Of a stretch of 64,000 bases of DNA, positions 23,201 to 36,180 are shown piece after piece. This stretch comes from Paraspadella gotoi (lineage: Eukaryota; Animalia; Chaetognatha), in contig CM119263.1 of the NCBI GenBank assembly GCA_051294375.1, forward strand, positions 20,240,115 to 20,304,114, in the 5' to 3' direction. Under the pieces are notes generated by a model, which worked only from the letters and a program-made list of their open reading frames with translations, had not been told where the DNA came from and did no database searches. A program made the translations under genes and the position numbers. Position 1 is the first letter of the stretch. The number at the start of each line of letters is the position of its first letter.

Positions 23201-26200
23201 AAACATCTTTTTTTGGCATAATTTATCATAATTCGATGTTCTGACATAAGTGAATGCCCGACAAGATTCAGGGGGCGGACCGACAAAGTGAATTATAGAG
23301 TCGGGATTTGCTGATAAGCAGATCCGACTAAAAACAAAAAAAAAAAATTTCACTATTTGAACGCCAATTACTCATAAGTGGATGGGACGATTGACTTGAA
23401 ATTTTTTATGTGGGTAGGAAAGGGTGTGATTAAGCTGGAAATCAAGTTTTGATGGAATAGTTTGAGTGGAAATGAGTTTAAATGGAAAAAAACAAAAAAC
23501 CAATTTCACTAATTGATTATGCTTCTTTTTCTTTTTATAATAAATGTAAATGCAAGATGTATTAATTAATCAAATAATTAATCGGTTAATTAATCAATTA
23601 GTCAATTAATCAATAATTAATTAATCAAAACAAACATTTTGAATCAAATTAATTAATTACCGATAATGATTGTTTGCAGATTAATTAATTAACTTGAATT
23701 ATTTAATAAATGATAATGATCGTGGGCAGATCCGACATTGTTTGCTCAAACTGGTTTTTTTTTACAAGAATTTGGTCTTTGAGACGTTATATATTGAAGA
23801 GATCAGTTAAGTTAATTTTATTTTGAACGTAGATTAAAGAAAAAGCTCTTGAAAATGGACGTGATAAAGATTTTGTTGAAAATCGAGAACGACCAAGAAT
23901 CTTCAACACGTGCTCACCTTACCATCATCTTATCGACGACCTAAAAGAAAACAAGAATATTAAAATACTCTTGCTAATCAGGTATCTTTGTACACCTACA
24001 ATTTACATTTACTAAGAGAATTTTGAAAATCATGATAAAATTGAAAATATATTATAAAAATTATTTATTTTGAAAAAAACTAATGCCCAACAGAAATCCA
24101 AAAGACACTGCGGTTTCTTACTATCATTTTCTAAAAAAATGGGTGTACGACAATAAGGTTTTTTCAGGTAATAATATTCGCCGCTATAAATGTAAAGAAT
24201 ATTAATTTTGAAGAGACAGTAAATATTGATATGTGTAAGTGACAGAACCGTTCAATATAAGCAGTCCCTCAGCTTCGGATCTAGCTGTAACACCGCGTTA
24301 CAGGCGGGTTAAGCGTCCCGTCCCTCTTAACTGCTCGGCGACCACCGGGAGAGAACCCCGGACCTTTGGGTTGGGAGGCGAATAACTTGCCTCCGGCACC
24401 AATGGCCGCTGATGAACGGTTGGTGAATTTTAGTCTACTATAATTTGTTAATTTTTTTTTCTCGAAAGGAACGTTTTCAACATTTTTTGAAAGGTGGATT
24501 CAAGGAGAAATGTGTTATGGGTCTTGGTAATTATTTGAAAGAGCTAGTTAATTATATATTTATTTATCTATTGAATTTTAATTTCAAATCTAAGGTTCGA
24601 CTACTACCAGCCTTACTTCGAAAATTTGACAGAACGTGATAACGTTCTTATTGTTCAGTATGAGAAGTTAAAAATGAATTTTGTTGAAAGCTTGCGAGAT
24701 ATTGCCGCTTTCCTTGAACTCAAAGTCGACGAGGAATTTTTAAGGTAATTATATGTAGTGCCATGTACACTGTACAGTAGAGCGTAGTGAAAGTTAAATA
24801 CGAAAATTCTAAATGTTAATTATGAACAACACTATCAGTGAACATTAATTTGTAAAAAAAATTAATTTTATGCTCTTCAATTTTCGCAGTAGGCTATGTT
24901 ATATATCCTTATAAAATCGAAAAATTTCAAAATAGGCTTTTCTTAATTTTGATTGCAGATTTGAATTCCTCGTCAAAAGTTGATATAAGAAAATATAAAT
25001 CATCTTTAAAAATTCTTTCATTAAGTGGGTTAGAAATTAAAAAAACTATATTTAGTATATAAAATTTTAATTTTCAGTTTAAAATATAGATTTTTTATAT
25101 TTGATCAACTTAATGAAAGAATTTTTAAAAAAGAGTTATATTTCTTTATATCATTTTTATATCATGACAAATACAAATCTGCAAAAAAATCTTACAAAAA
25201 ATTATTTTGAAATTTTAACATTTATTGGATTAGTACTAGTATAAATATGGCCTACTGCGTAAATTGTCAAATTTAATATAATTTTTTTTATATATAAATG
25301 TTCATTATATGTTGTTCGTTCCTCACTTTCAGAATTTTAATTAAAGTTAAATTTAGGGCATTTTTTTTCAAAGAAGCCCCCTTGCTGCGGCTTCCATCGT
25401 CGTTTTATGAGTCACACCTTTTGTCGTTGCTCTCACCGTCACAACTGCTTCCTCCATCGTTCAAATTATCATCATCGTTTCTGTCGATCCCGATCCTGAC
25501 GGAGGCTTAATTCTTTCTCTCGCTGAGTCACCCACCAAGCCAGAATTTTGTTGTTGCAAAAGTAGCATTGGGAAAAATGACCCTAATCCCAACCCTAATC
25601 CCTTAACTAACCTTATCCCTAACCGAAACCTTAAACAATTAATCCATCGTTCAAATTATCATCGTATTTCTCGATCCCGATCCTGACTCTAAGTCATCCA
25701 GCCAGAGAGAGAGAGAGAGAGAAAGATTCGCTGCTCCGTCATAAGGCAAGGGGGCATTGATGATTGAAAAGGCCAATGAATCCAATACTAAAATTTATTC
25801 TTAAATAGAAAAAAAGTTTTTAAAAATTTTGGTTGAATATCCTTGACAGCAATAACGAGGCAGAAAGGTAACTCCAAATTGACGTAAATCAGTTGGCGTA
25901 ATTCAAATACTTAAAATTTTTTAAATATATGCATAAAACGCGCGGAATTTAAGATTTCAGAGTGTCCTCTTTTTTTTTCACTGTACTATAATTTTTGCTA
26001 TCATAACACGAGATTTAAATTTCTTTATTACCTAATCAACCAACACGTCGACAACTTTAGACACGTGGCGTCCGAAACGAGCATCGATGGGATGAAGGCG
26101 TGGGCGTCAGCCGTGGACGCGGACCGACGCGATGGTCACATGGAGGTCGACTATTACCGAAAGGGGATCGTCGGCGAGTGGCGGAGTATCATGAGCGAAG

Positions 26201-26274
26201 AGGAGAGTCGGCGAGTGGACAAGATGCTCGAAGCAGTCGCACCCGTCCTTCGCGGCTTCAAAAACATCTGCTAG
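20248..26274 (+). CDS. Cytosolic sulfotransferase family protein; exons 20248-20394, 22756-22866, 23833-23981, 24094-24167, 24469-24526, 24595-24744, 26061-26274; 300 aa
   Basis: 5'-PSB motif SYPKTGCHW, 3'-PB motif RNPKDTAVSYYHF, YGSWFDY, VLIVQYEKLK and C-terminal RKGIVGEW. All six introns are GT-AG with consistent phases; total 903 nt. Confidence 0.93.
20453..20675 (-). mobile_element. tRNA-derived SINE-like insertion in sulfotransferase intron 1
   Basis: GC-rich island in an AT-rich intron. The minus strand has an A-box-like TGGCTCATTGAG and a B-box GGTTCAATCCC with tRNA-like spacing. Confidence 0.5.
21382..22303. mobile_element. ~920-bp foldback (long inverted repeat) in sulfotransferase intron 1
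   Basis: The left arm (acaagcgct...tcattttcaaaccagtg...gtcaaatcgggtttcattttccaact) is mirrored at ~21960-22303, with high identity over more than 300 bp. Confidence 0.85.
24238..24442 (-). mobile_element. tRNA-Gly-like/subTIR repeat (copy 2) in sulfotransferase intron 4
   Basis: Reverse complement of 6428-6620. Here the acceptor stem GCGGCCA/TGGTCGC pairs fully. Confidence 0.65.
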
Positions 26275-27442
26275 AAGCAAGGTGGTCTTTTGAGTCAAAA
26301 GCGATCTGGTGCTTTGATTGTCATTACTCACTTGATTTGGGATTGAAACCAAAAAAAAAAAATGTATAAAGTACTATTAAACCTTTTTTTTTCGGGGGGT
26401 TAGCTGTTTTAAAGTTTTTATAATAAAAAATAAAAAAATAATAAAGATTGATAAACAATTTTTTTATGCAAAAAAAAGTTGTAAGATATAATTTCGAATT
26501 TGTTTTTATTTTAACATAGCTTCTATAATATTTGGTTTAGAAACTGTTGGTTTTGAACCAAAACTTTATTTAATAGGCCGACAGATAAGCGAGATAGTAG
26601 GGTTTTTTTTTGCACACATGTGTATCTCTCTCTCTCTTTTTCTCTCTCTCTCTCTCACTGACTCTGATTTCCATCTTCTCTCTTTCTTGCCAATGTTTTG
26701 CGGCCGAAATTAGCTGGGATTCCGTGGGCCAAAACGGCTCCCCGTGTGCATTTAGATGGATTTTCGCGTGCGCCAGATGCGAACAGAACAGATCGTTTGT
26801 TCTCCTCACCATGAAAATAAAAACGAAGCCCGTATTACGAAGGAAAAAATTTAAATATGTTAGACAGAATTAGCGCTATTCCACATTTTTGTAGACCCAC
26901 GGGACGGTCAGTACTCAGTACTCACTACTCAGTCGTCAGTACTACTCAGTCGTCGAACAGAGAAAGTTCATGGAACGAGGAACCGTAAGGGAACTTTGCC
27001 ACATTCCATATGGCAGCGATTAAATTCCGCTATAATGTTAAAAATATGAATAAGGTATGTAAGAAAGCCGTTTTCACCGTAGTTCGGACTCGGCCGTGAC
27101 GCGAGTGAAGGGCAGGTGCTCGCCGCGTTTACGATCGGATTTAACGAGACGAACTCAGCGGTTATAACGATCGCCGAGGACTCACCACAGGTGATGTAAG
27201 GCCGACCTTTAATCACCTTTAATCACCGAAAAGAGTGTAAGTCACCTGATATCGTTTCAAATATAAAAAAATAGAATACGTTTCTTACACATCTTTTCAC
27301 ATTCACAGTAAATTTTAAGGCAAAATAAAAACAGTTTTAAACCATATTTCATGTATTTCGAAAAGCGTTAGAACTCCTTGTATTAAGTATCTCATATCTA
27401 TGACCTTGTATTTGGTCCTGATTAACAACGAATTTCGTAAAT

Positions 27443-27494
27443 CGTCACATCACGTGAGGGGCTGTAGTCACGTGACGTTAAATGACATCACGTC
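27443..27494. promoter_or_regulatory. Cluster of E-box/CRE-like sites
   Basis: CACGTG (27451), the palindrome GTCACGTGAC (27467) overlapping TGACGT, and TGACATCA (27483) fall within ~50 bp. A second paired GTCACGTGA cluster lies at 41750-41783. Confidence 0.35.
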
Positions 27495-30400
27495 TCTCGC
27501 GCGGAGATTACTTGGGCGTTTCTTGGTGATGAGTCGGTGGGAGGGAAAAGTTTCTGGTTATAAGGTTGTAACGAGAAGGAGAACGAGAGAGAGAGAGAGC
27601 GTGAGTGAATGGGAAAGAGGAAGACGAACGTGTGAAATTTACCGAAAACTAGAGAAAATGAGCTCTTTTTCTTTTAACATACGTTTCCCAATAGATTTCA
27701 GGACGGGCTAAATTTCGTCTGTACTAATTAGATATTTAACTAAATATGTTTCCAATTGTTTCCTGTAAATTGTAGAATATGAAAGTTCGTTACAGATTAA
27801 AATTGACAAATCTCGCATCACTCGGAGATTATAAACGCCATTGTACAATATAAATAAAATTTTTGCGTTCTTGCTGGGGCTCTTCAAATTTGTCGACCTG
27901 CCATTTGTCAAGATCCTCGCTGCAGTGACCTCCTGTAGCTGAGCTAAAAAAATAGTGAAAGAAAACTTAAAGATGAAAAATGAGGCGTAATATTTGACGT
28001 TGATTTGGTCGAGGCGACGACTGAAGGAACGAGGATGAGAGTCAGATGGAGAGAATTTTTAGAGTCGAAAACGCGAGGGGAAAATCTGGGCGAAAGATGA
28101 AGACGAGAAAAAAAAAGGAAAGAAAATGGGCGGGTGCTTGAGTAAGGGGTTCACGATGTGGAACGAGTGAGAACGACCGAGAAGAGCCTGACCTAGACGG
28201 GAGGCGAAAAGTTCCGGGACGAACGTTAACAATGATAGACGTAGTAGTTTTAAGTATCAAAGATGGAAAGTATGTTCTTCGACAAAGTACGTTAACTAAC
28301 GATTATCTGACAAGACATGCACAAAACGAACTTTATCCACAAGAGCCTAACTCAATGGAATTTCACGAAAAACTCAATTTTGAATGAGGTGAGGTGAGGC
28401 TCACTGTTCCCGATTAAATCGCCCAATTTCAGTCAAATTCCGTTTTTCTTTGCTACGTCTCATTTCCGTATCATTGGAAATTCCCACGTCAAACCCAACT
28501 CTGTTGTTCAGCTGAATACAAATGAAGGAAAACGTTTTGTTTCGTCAACTCATCCATCATTACTGAGTTTCAGGATAATTCCAGTCTGTTCCGTTCTTCC
28601 TTTTTTTTTATCTTCCCTTTTTAAATTTTCTTTCATTAATTCTGATTCTTTTTTTCTTCTCTATATATTTTTGTATTTTTTTAAAATTAACCATCATTTT
28701 TACTTACTTTTTCGTTTTTATTATTTATCTATAATTCTAGTACTAGCACTTAATTTTCTGATCCAGCTAGTGTCTATTTTGTTTAAACGAAAATGGCTAA
28801 ACTTTTAGTCGATTTGAGGTTAACGAAACGACGATGTCCGCGAGGACGACGTAGACGCTGTTGACGACGACGACGACGACGCGTGGGTCGCGACGCGCCG
28901 GGACGATTTTGCGTCGACCAATCGTCGAACTCCCTCTCTCGCTTTTTGTCACGAAAATGAGTAACATCCGCGGATATATCTCTTTGAGTTACATCTGCAG
29001 ACGATAACGAGGTCGACGTCGCGACTGGCGGCCGACTACTTCTATTTTTGGAACGACGAGCAGCTTAACGCTTTTCTTAGGAACTGCGGGTTTTTTTTGT
29101 TGTTGGAGTAAGTCTTGTTGCTTTCATTTTTATAATTTTTATAATTCTTTGTAATCCGTGAAAATCTTCGACCAATCTTAAATTTATTTTTACAAAAAAC
29201 GACAACCCAATTTTTTAATGTCTGGTGAGAATAATAAAGAACTGTTTGATGGATACTGATAATTATTTATCAATGGTATTCCTCCATGCTTGGGCGTCTG
29301 CAACTTTACCGTTGGGTCTTTTATTTGCTGTATTCTTCACTTTGTTTGCTACCGACTTTTGTTCAAACATCCAGTATCGACATTTCTGCAGAAAATTTTT
29401 TCGCTCGTCTGTCGGGCGTTGGACTATGAAGGATTTTGAAGGTAGAAAGTAGTTTCAAAATTGTTCACTGTGCTTCACTCTGATACATCAAGTATCGTGA
29501 ATCTAAAGAATGAGTTTTGAATGAATAAAAGAATGATTATTAGAAAATTAATGAATGCATAAAATAAATAATTTCTCAAAATGGCGTGAGAGATCCGTAA
29601 GAAAAAAAAGATCTTAATACTTAAAAATAGTCAAATTAATCAGATCGAAAATGCAACAATCGAAAAATGATGGAATGCTTGAATGAATGAATAAATGAAC
29701 GAAGGAATGACCGGAGTAAAATTAATGATCCGGTTGAGTTAGTAAACAGAGAGGCGCATCTTCCCTCGCGGACCTCGACTCCATAAATCCTTGGATTTTT
29801 CCTTTCACATCTATTATTCAACGGCGCCCCGTGAATTTTTTTTCTTTCGACGCTGCCGACGAATGGATCGATCGTCATCTTTATTAATGAATCCCTTCGA
29901 CGTCCGTCCGTCCGCTCGTCCGTCCGTCCGCTCGTCCGTCCGTTCGCTATTTTTGGAATTTTGTTTTATCCTTTAATTATCTCGGTTGCGGCGATTAGGT
30001 TTTTCGTCTTTATCTGCTCATCCAAAATCTGTCCATAATTATGTTTGTACCAATTTAAAAAGATTATGAATTTTGAAAATTATGATCTTAAAGATTCCTG
30101 TTTTCACATCTTTAAAAATAAGTTGAAGTTTATGAAAAATGGTTACATAAAGACTAGATGAAAGACTGGCAAAGAAAACTATTTTAATGTTCTTTTAGAA
30201 AAAAAAAATTAAAAAAAAAGTAACTTCTGAAAAGTCTTTGTCAGTTCATCATTTTAAAGAAAGCGGACAAATATTCCAAGGAAAGCGAGAAAGGATTATG
30301 TAAATTTCTCACTCTAGATAACTCACTCTGGAAGAAGGAAAAGAAAAAATTATGAAATGAAAAAAAATCAAGATCATTTCCTTTCTTTTCGTTGTTGTGA

Positions 30401-32145
30401 ATATTAAAGTTACAAAGTTTTTATATTTAATCTTTTTGTTTAATACAAATAAAATCTCTATAACTTTGAAATAAAAGATAAAAAAGGACAAAGAAATGGC
30501 GAAAGAAAAGAAAAAATGGGAGAGAAATAAAACGAGAAAAATTTTTAAAAAAGATAAGAAAATAAAAAAGTCAGGAAGACCTATAATAAAAAAAATAAAA
30601 ATAACAATAATTAAAATAAAACAAGTAAAGTAAGTAAAAGACAAAAGAAGAGATAAAACTGAGAAAAGAAAAAGAAAAGAAAAGAAAAGAAATGAAAATA
30701 AAGTAAAAGAAAAAAGAAAAGAAAAAAAGAAATAAGAAGGATGACTGATATGACCTTAGATAAAAGCAAAAAGGATCGTCGAGCCATCGTCAAAATAACG
30801 AAAAAAAATTTTTTTTAACGGAAAATATTGAATCAAAAAGAAAATTCTTCATTTTTCTCTGCCAATCTTTTTTTTTTTTGGGTAAATTTAGGCAAGTTAC
30901 AAGCACTTATCTCTTTCAAATTCGTTTGCAATGTATTCAATTATTTATATAATATGCCCTCTTGAAGGGACCCTTTAAGTATTTAATCCGGATGAAAAGC
31001 CATCTCGACTTGTGATGAAGAGACGGGAAAAGATGAAAATTAAAACGGAACAGATAAAACCGAAGATCACGACTCTGAAGATGCGGCGATTCCGATGTGG
31101 AAACCTTAGATTTTTTTTTAATCAATAGAGAGAAAAAAGAAATAAAGTCAAACAATAAAAATATGTATATTTAATTCCTTCCTTTTTAGTTTATATCTGG
31201 TTGATTATCATTTTGAATTTTAAGTTACGACTGACCGACTAAAAAGTCTTCAATAAAGAATCGGCGGCGTCAGCATCGGAGAAGAGGAGAGCTTCTAAGA
31301 TTATCGATCAATATTATGTAGACTTCCTCGCAACTTTTATTAAATATTTACGATGAGCCGTTCAAGCCTTTTTCATTTAAATATCCCATATATTTATTTA
31401 CGGTTAAGATCATATTTAATGTTTATAACTTAATATTTTATTTGTACATGGATTATATAATATATACGGATTAGAGTATCCTGCTACGTTATTGTATGTA
31501 ACAGGAATTGTCTGCCCAAAGTAAGGGGCTAGATACCTTATTTATTGAATGTATGGATATATACTATATTAGCTTGACTAATTTGATCCTCTTTTTATTG
31601 AATCTTCCTCTCAATATCTTCTCCCCTTCCTTTTCTTCAACTCCACCTGACGTGGGGTGAGAGATCTCTCTCAATTTCCGGCCATCCATTTGATATTAAA
31701 TTGAGTGAGGAGAAGAGAAGCGAAAAAATGAGTGGGGTGCAGGAGAGAGAAAGAGGGGGGGAGGGTAGAAAAAAGTTGGGAGGAAGGAGAGGAAATAAGA
31801 AAGAAAGAAGAAAATTACGAGGGGAGAAGAAAAAAAAAATGAAAAGAGAAAAAAAAATGAAACGAAGAAGACAGAAAATGCGTAAAAAAGTTATTTCTTA
31901 CCATCTCAAAATCTTTTGCAAGAAAAAAAAAAATTCGGTGACGATGTATGCGCTGACGACGACGACATCGACAACGACAACAAATACGTCATCGAAGGCG
32001 ACAACGACGACGACCAATTCGGCGACGATTACGACGACGATGACGACGACATCGACAAATATCATCATCGGCGACACGACAATTTTTTCGCTTCGCATTT
32101 CTGCGTCAATGGAAAGAAGAATTTGTTGGTTCGGCTCCGCAAGAG

Positions 32146-33232
32146 AGTCGGCGCCGCGGAAGAGTCTGTCGGCGAAGCAAGAGAATCAGTCGGCGCCGCG
32201 GAAGAGTCTGTCGGCGAAGCAAGAGAATCAGTCGGCGCCGCGGAAGAGTCTGTCGGCGAAGCAAGAGAATCAGTCGGCGCCGCGGAAGAGTCTGTCGGCG
32301 AAGCAAGAGAATCAGTCGGCGCCGCGGAAGAGTCTGTCGGCGAAGCAAGAGAATCAGTCGGCGCCGCGGAAGAGTCTGTCGGCGAAGCAAGAGAATCAGT
32401 CGGCGCCGCGGAAGAGTCTGTCGGCGAAGCAAGAGAATCAGTCGGCGCCGCGGGAGAGTCAGTCGGCGAAGCAAGAGAATCAGTTGGCGCCGCGGAAGAG
32501 TCTGTCGGCGAAGCAAGAGAATCAGTCGGCGCTGGGGAGAGTCAGTCGGCGAAGCAAGAGAATCAGTCGGCGCCGCGGGAGAGTCAGTCGGCAAAGCAAG
32601 AGAATCAGTCGGCGCCGCGGGAGAGTCAGTCGGCGAAGCAAGAGAATCAGTTGGCGCCGCGGAAGAGTCTGTCGGTGAAGCAAGAGAATGAGTCGGCGCC
32701 GTGGGAGAGTCAGTCGGTGAAGCAAGAGAATCAGTCGGGGCCGCGGGAGAGTCAGTCGGCGAAGCAAGAGAATCATTCGGGGCCGCGGGAGAGTCAGTCG
32801 GCGAAGCAAGAGAATCAGTCGGCGCCGCGGAAGAGTCTGTCGGCGAAGCAAGAGAATCAGTCGGCGCTGCGGGAGAGTCAGTCGGTGATGCAAGAGAATC
32901 AGTCGTGGCCGCGGGAGAGTCAGTCGGCGAAGCAAGAGAATCAGTCGGCGCCGCGGAAGAGTCTGTTAGCGAAGCAAGAGAATCAGTCGGCGCCGCGGAA
33001 GAGTCAGTCGGCGAAGCAAGAGAATCAGTCGGCGCCGCGGGAGAGTCAGTCGGCGAAGCAAGAGAATCAGTTGGCGCCGCGGAAAGAGTCAGTCGGCGAA
33101 GCAAGAGAATCAGTCGGCGCCGCGGGAGAGTCAGTCGGCGAAGCAAGAGAATCAGTCGGCGCCGCGGAAGAGTCAGTCGGCGAGGCAAGAGAATCAGTCG
33201 GCGCTGCGGGACAGTCGGTCGGCGCGGCGAAC
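32146..33232. repeat. 42-bp GC-rich minisatellite (~26 units, each made of two 21-bp subunits), possibly coding
   Basis: Unit AGTCGGCGCCGCGGAAGAGTC-TGTCGGCGAAGCAAGAGAATC. It reads (SVGAAEESVGEARE)n on the plus strand or (PTDSLASPTDSSAA)n on the minus strand. Confidence 0.95.
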
Positions 33233-33835
33233 TAAAAAACATTGGAATCGCATTATAATTACTAATGTATAGTGCGGTAAGACGTTTTAAAATAATATGT
33301 TAAACACAAACTAAGTGATAGAGAAAACTTAGCACGGAGCTTATCTAATTCTCCGTACTAGGACGTAAGATTAAAAAAATGTGAAAGATTGGTGAGGCGA
33401 TCCTAAAGTCGGTGTCCACAACGGACTCAGCGATCGAAGAATAAAGAATGACCCGACGCTATTGAAATGGGGCGCGGCGGCACTAAAGCGCCTCGGGCGG
33501 AAGATATTGCTACTTCCACATGTTGGAAAGAAGGAAAGAGATTGGCGGCGGCAGGGACTTTAAAGGTTATGATTAAACTCAGTTGTAGGCTGTGGCTCGT
33601 TTTAAGATTTCGTAAGCAGATAATATTACTTTTTTTTCTTTATATATATTTCTAATGCGGAGGAAAAGATATTCCCTTTTTGAACTGTGATCTTCTGATC
33701 TTGAGAGGAGTTTGTTTTCCTTTTTTTTTTTTTGAGTTGTGATATACCGGAACGGAGCAGTAGATTTTTCCAATAAATCCGTGAAATCCGATTCGGTAAA
33801 TACGGAAGCTCGAGATTGGGAAAGTGCGGGATCGC

Positions 33836-33885
<50 letters not shown>

Positions 33886-33980
33886 TCCTGGGGAGGCGAC
33901 AAATTGTGATGGAAGAGAAAGCGATGGCGACCCGAGGGATAATGAAAGGATGGAAAGGAGTGCGGTTGAATAAAGTGAAC

Positions 33981-34013
<33 letters not shown>

Positions 34014-36004
34014 CCTTTCCTTCATTCAACGGAATTCCTCGCCGTCATCGGGTCTGCCGATAATTTCCGCCATTTTCCCTATTTCCGTCTTTTTCCTTTG
34101 TTTTCCTTTTTATTTCCTTCTTCCTTTCCCCTTTAATTTCTCTTCATCATCCCTCGGGGCCCAACGAATTGTTTTTATAATCCGAAAAGCGTCCCGGGGC
34201 GAAAATCCGCTTTCGATATTGAGTGAAGAATCGCGAGAGAGTTAGAAGTTTGTGGAAACTTGATTTCTCGATTTTATTCTTTTAAATTGACAAAGTGAGA
34301 GCATTTAAATTTTTTTATATCATGTATATACCTTTATAAACCATACTTACAACGATAAAACCGACTTAGGTACGCTTATCAAATATGAATGACTCGAAAA
34401 CTTAACATAACTTTTTTTCGGGGGGGGGGGCAGAAGGGGAGGGGGAAAAAGGGTTGAAAAATTGAATTGAATTGGAGAAGAATTGGGAAGGAGTTTTTTG
34501 ATTGTGGTCGTAGAAACGAAATGAAGTCTAGAGTAACGACTGGGGAGGAATCGAACGGTCGCGGGAAAAGACACATTAGATCCGTAACGACTTCACAGAA
34601 GTATCCCTCACTTGTCGGATCTTAACACGTCACTCGATTAAGGGTATTGTTCTTGTTGTTGTTGTTGTTGCGAGGACGACCAAATGGAGAATTACAATGC
34701 GAAAATCAAGGGTTCTAATTTCAAATATTTATTAAAAGAATAGACTGAACAGTGAACACCTGCAAAATTACTAAAAAAATTAATACTTTCGTCTCATTAA
34801 TTTCAAACGGAAGAATATAGTTGATTTATTTACCACAAAAAAATTGTTGTGTATGATAAGTTAAGTTAGATAGATCGATTACATTTATTTCTTTATTTTA
34901 TACAATGTCTACGAAAATGATCAACCAATATGTTTTTGATAAAATTTGATAAAATCATGGCTGCGATCATAGCATAATGCTCCCATAAAAGCCCATACCG
35001 TCTCTGCCGTACTTCGCATGAAAAGAAAAAAGAAATTGAATTATTCGAAAAATTGAGAAAGATTTACTGGGAGAACCGACGATAGAGTTGCGTCGGAAAG
35101 AGGAAATAAAAAATATAAAATAACAAACATTCGGTTGTGTTATTTCTCTTTTTTCTCTTGTACGAATACAACTCATGGAAGGATGACATTCATTTCGCAA
35201 AGGAAGGCAGATAAAGTGAAGGATGAATGCAAAACATGTCAAGTTTGTCTTTTTAAACTAGTTATTAGAGGTCGTTTTGAATCGAGAATTTGGAATTGAA
35301 CGAAAATAGTCGACGCCATTTTGTTCGCTTTTTTTTTCTCTCCGATCGAGATGATTAAATAGGAAACCGTCAACATGCAGTCCACATTTTTTTTTAATCA
35401 GGACCTCGACTGTTGACAGCTTGTCACTTTCGTCACTCATGTGCAGTCATGACCCAACCGAGCAGTGAAAACGGCGTCTTGACTAAGTCTGATAAACAAC
35501 GCTGACCGTGGGCGCAGAGCTGCCATGTTTTCGAAAATTAAATTGGGAATAACTCGGAAAAAACAAAAAGGAAGAAAAGATCCGCTATCAAGCGTATATA
35601 GGCTGAAGCCATATATAGATATTCTATTGAGGCTAATACGATAAAATATTCATTATTTAGACCTTTCGCTGTCTCTTTTAGAGAAGTATCTCCCCCATTC
35701 GACCAAAACGATCTTTTCCTTTTTATGGACAGAGAGAAAAGGATGAGAGGTGAATCTGAGGCGTAGCGTCTCGCGAAACCGTAACACTTTGCCTTCCCTT
35801 TATCGCTTCGCACGAGAAGAGTTCTCGGTTCTCCCGATTTCAATTTTTCAAACCATTTCCGTTTTATGCCCGAAACTAGCGAAAAAAAAACCCCAAAAAA
35901 ACCGCGAAGAAGCATTGAAGACATTTTTTTCGGGCCATCTTTTCAGAGTGGGTTCCATTTCAGCGTAAATTCAGAATTATGTTTGTTTTTAAGTTTAAAG
36001 ATTA

Positions 36005-36180
36005 CGTAGGGTATTAAGGATTAGCTAGGGGATTAGGGTTAGATATTAGGATTAAGATTAAGGATTTTGTAAGATTTTTTATTAGCAATTAAGATTAAAG
36101 ATTAGGGTTTAAGGTTAGGGATTAGAGTTGGGAATTTGGGTTCAGGATTAGGTTGGTATAAGTGATTAAGGTTTTGGATT
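36005..36180 (+). repeat. Degenerate TTAGGG/ATTAGG-type array (related inverted array at ~25580-25635)
   Basis: Repeated gattaggg/gttaggg/attaag units. Confidence 0.6.

Noticed and set aside
26968-27200. Small spliced ORF MAAIKFRYNVKNMNK-FGLGRDASEG...
   Set aside because: It needs a 28-nt intron, far shorter than the other introns here, and shows no recognisable homology.
28790-29460. GC-rich, GAC-repeat segments resembling exons
   Set aside because: The frames are short or low-complexity, with no convincing splice chain or domain.
32146-33232. CRISPR-like appearance of regular repeats (also 50947-51420)
   Set aside because: The units are head-to-tail with no unique spacers, there are no cas genes, and the context is eukaryotic.
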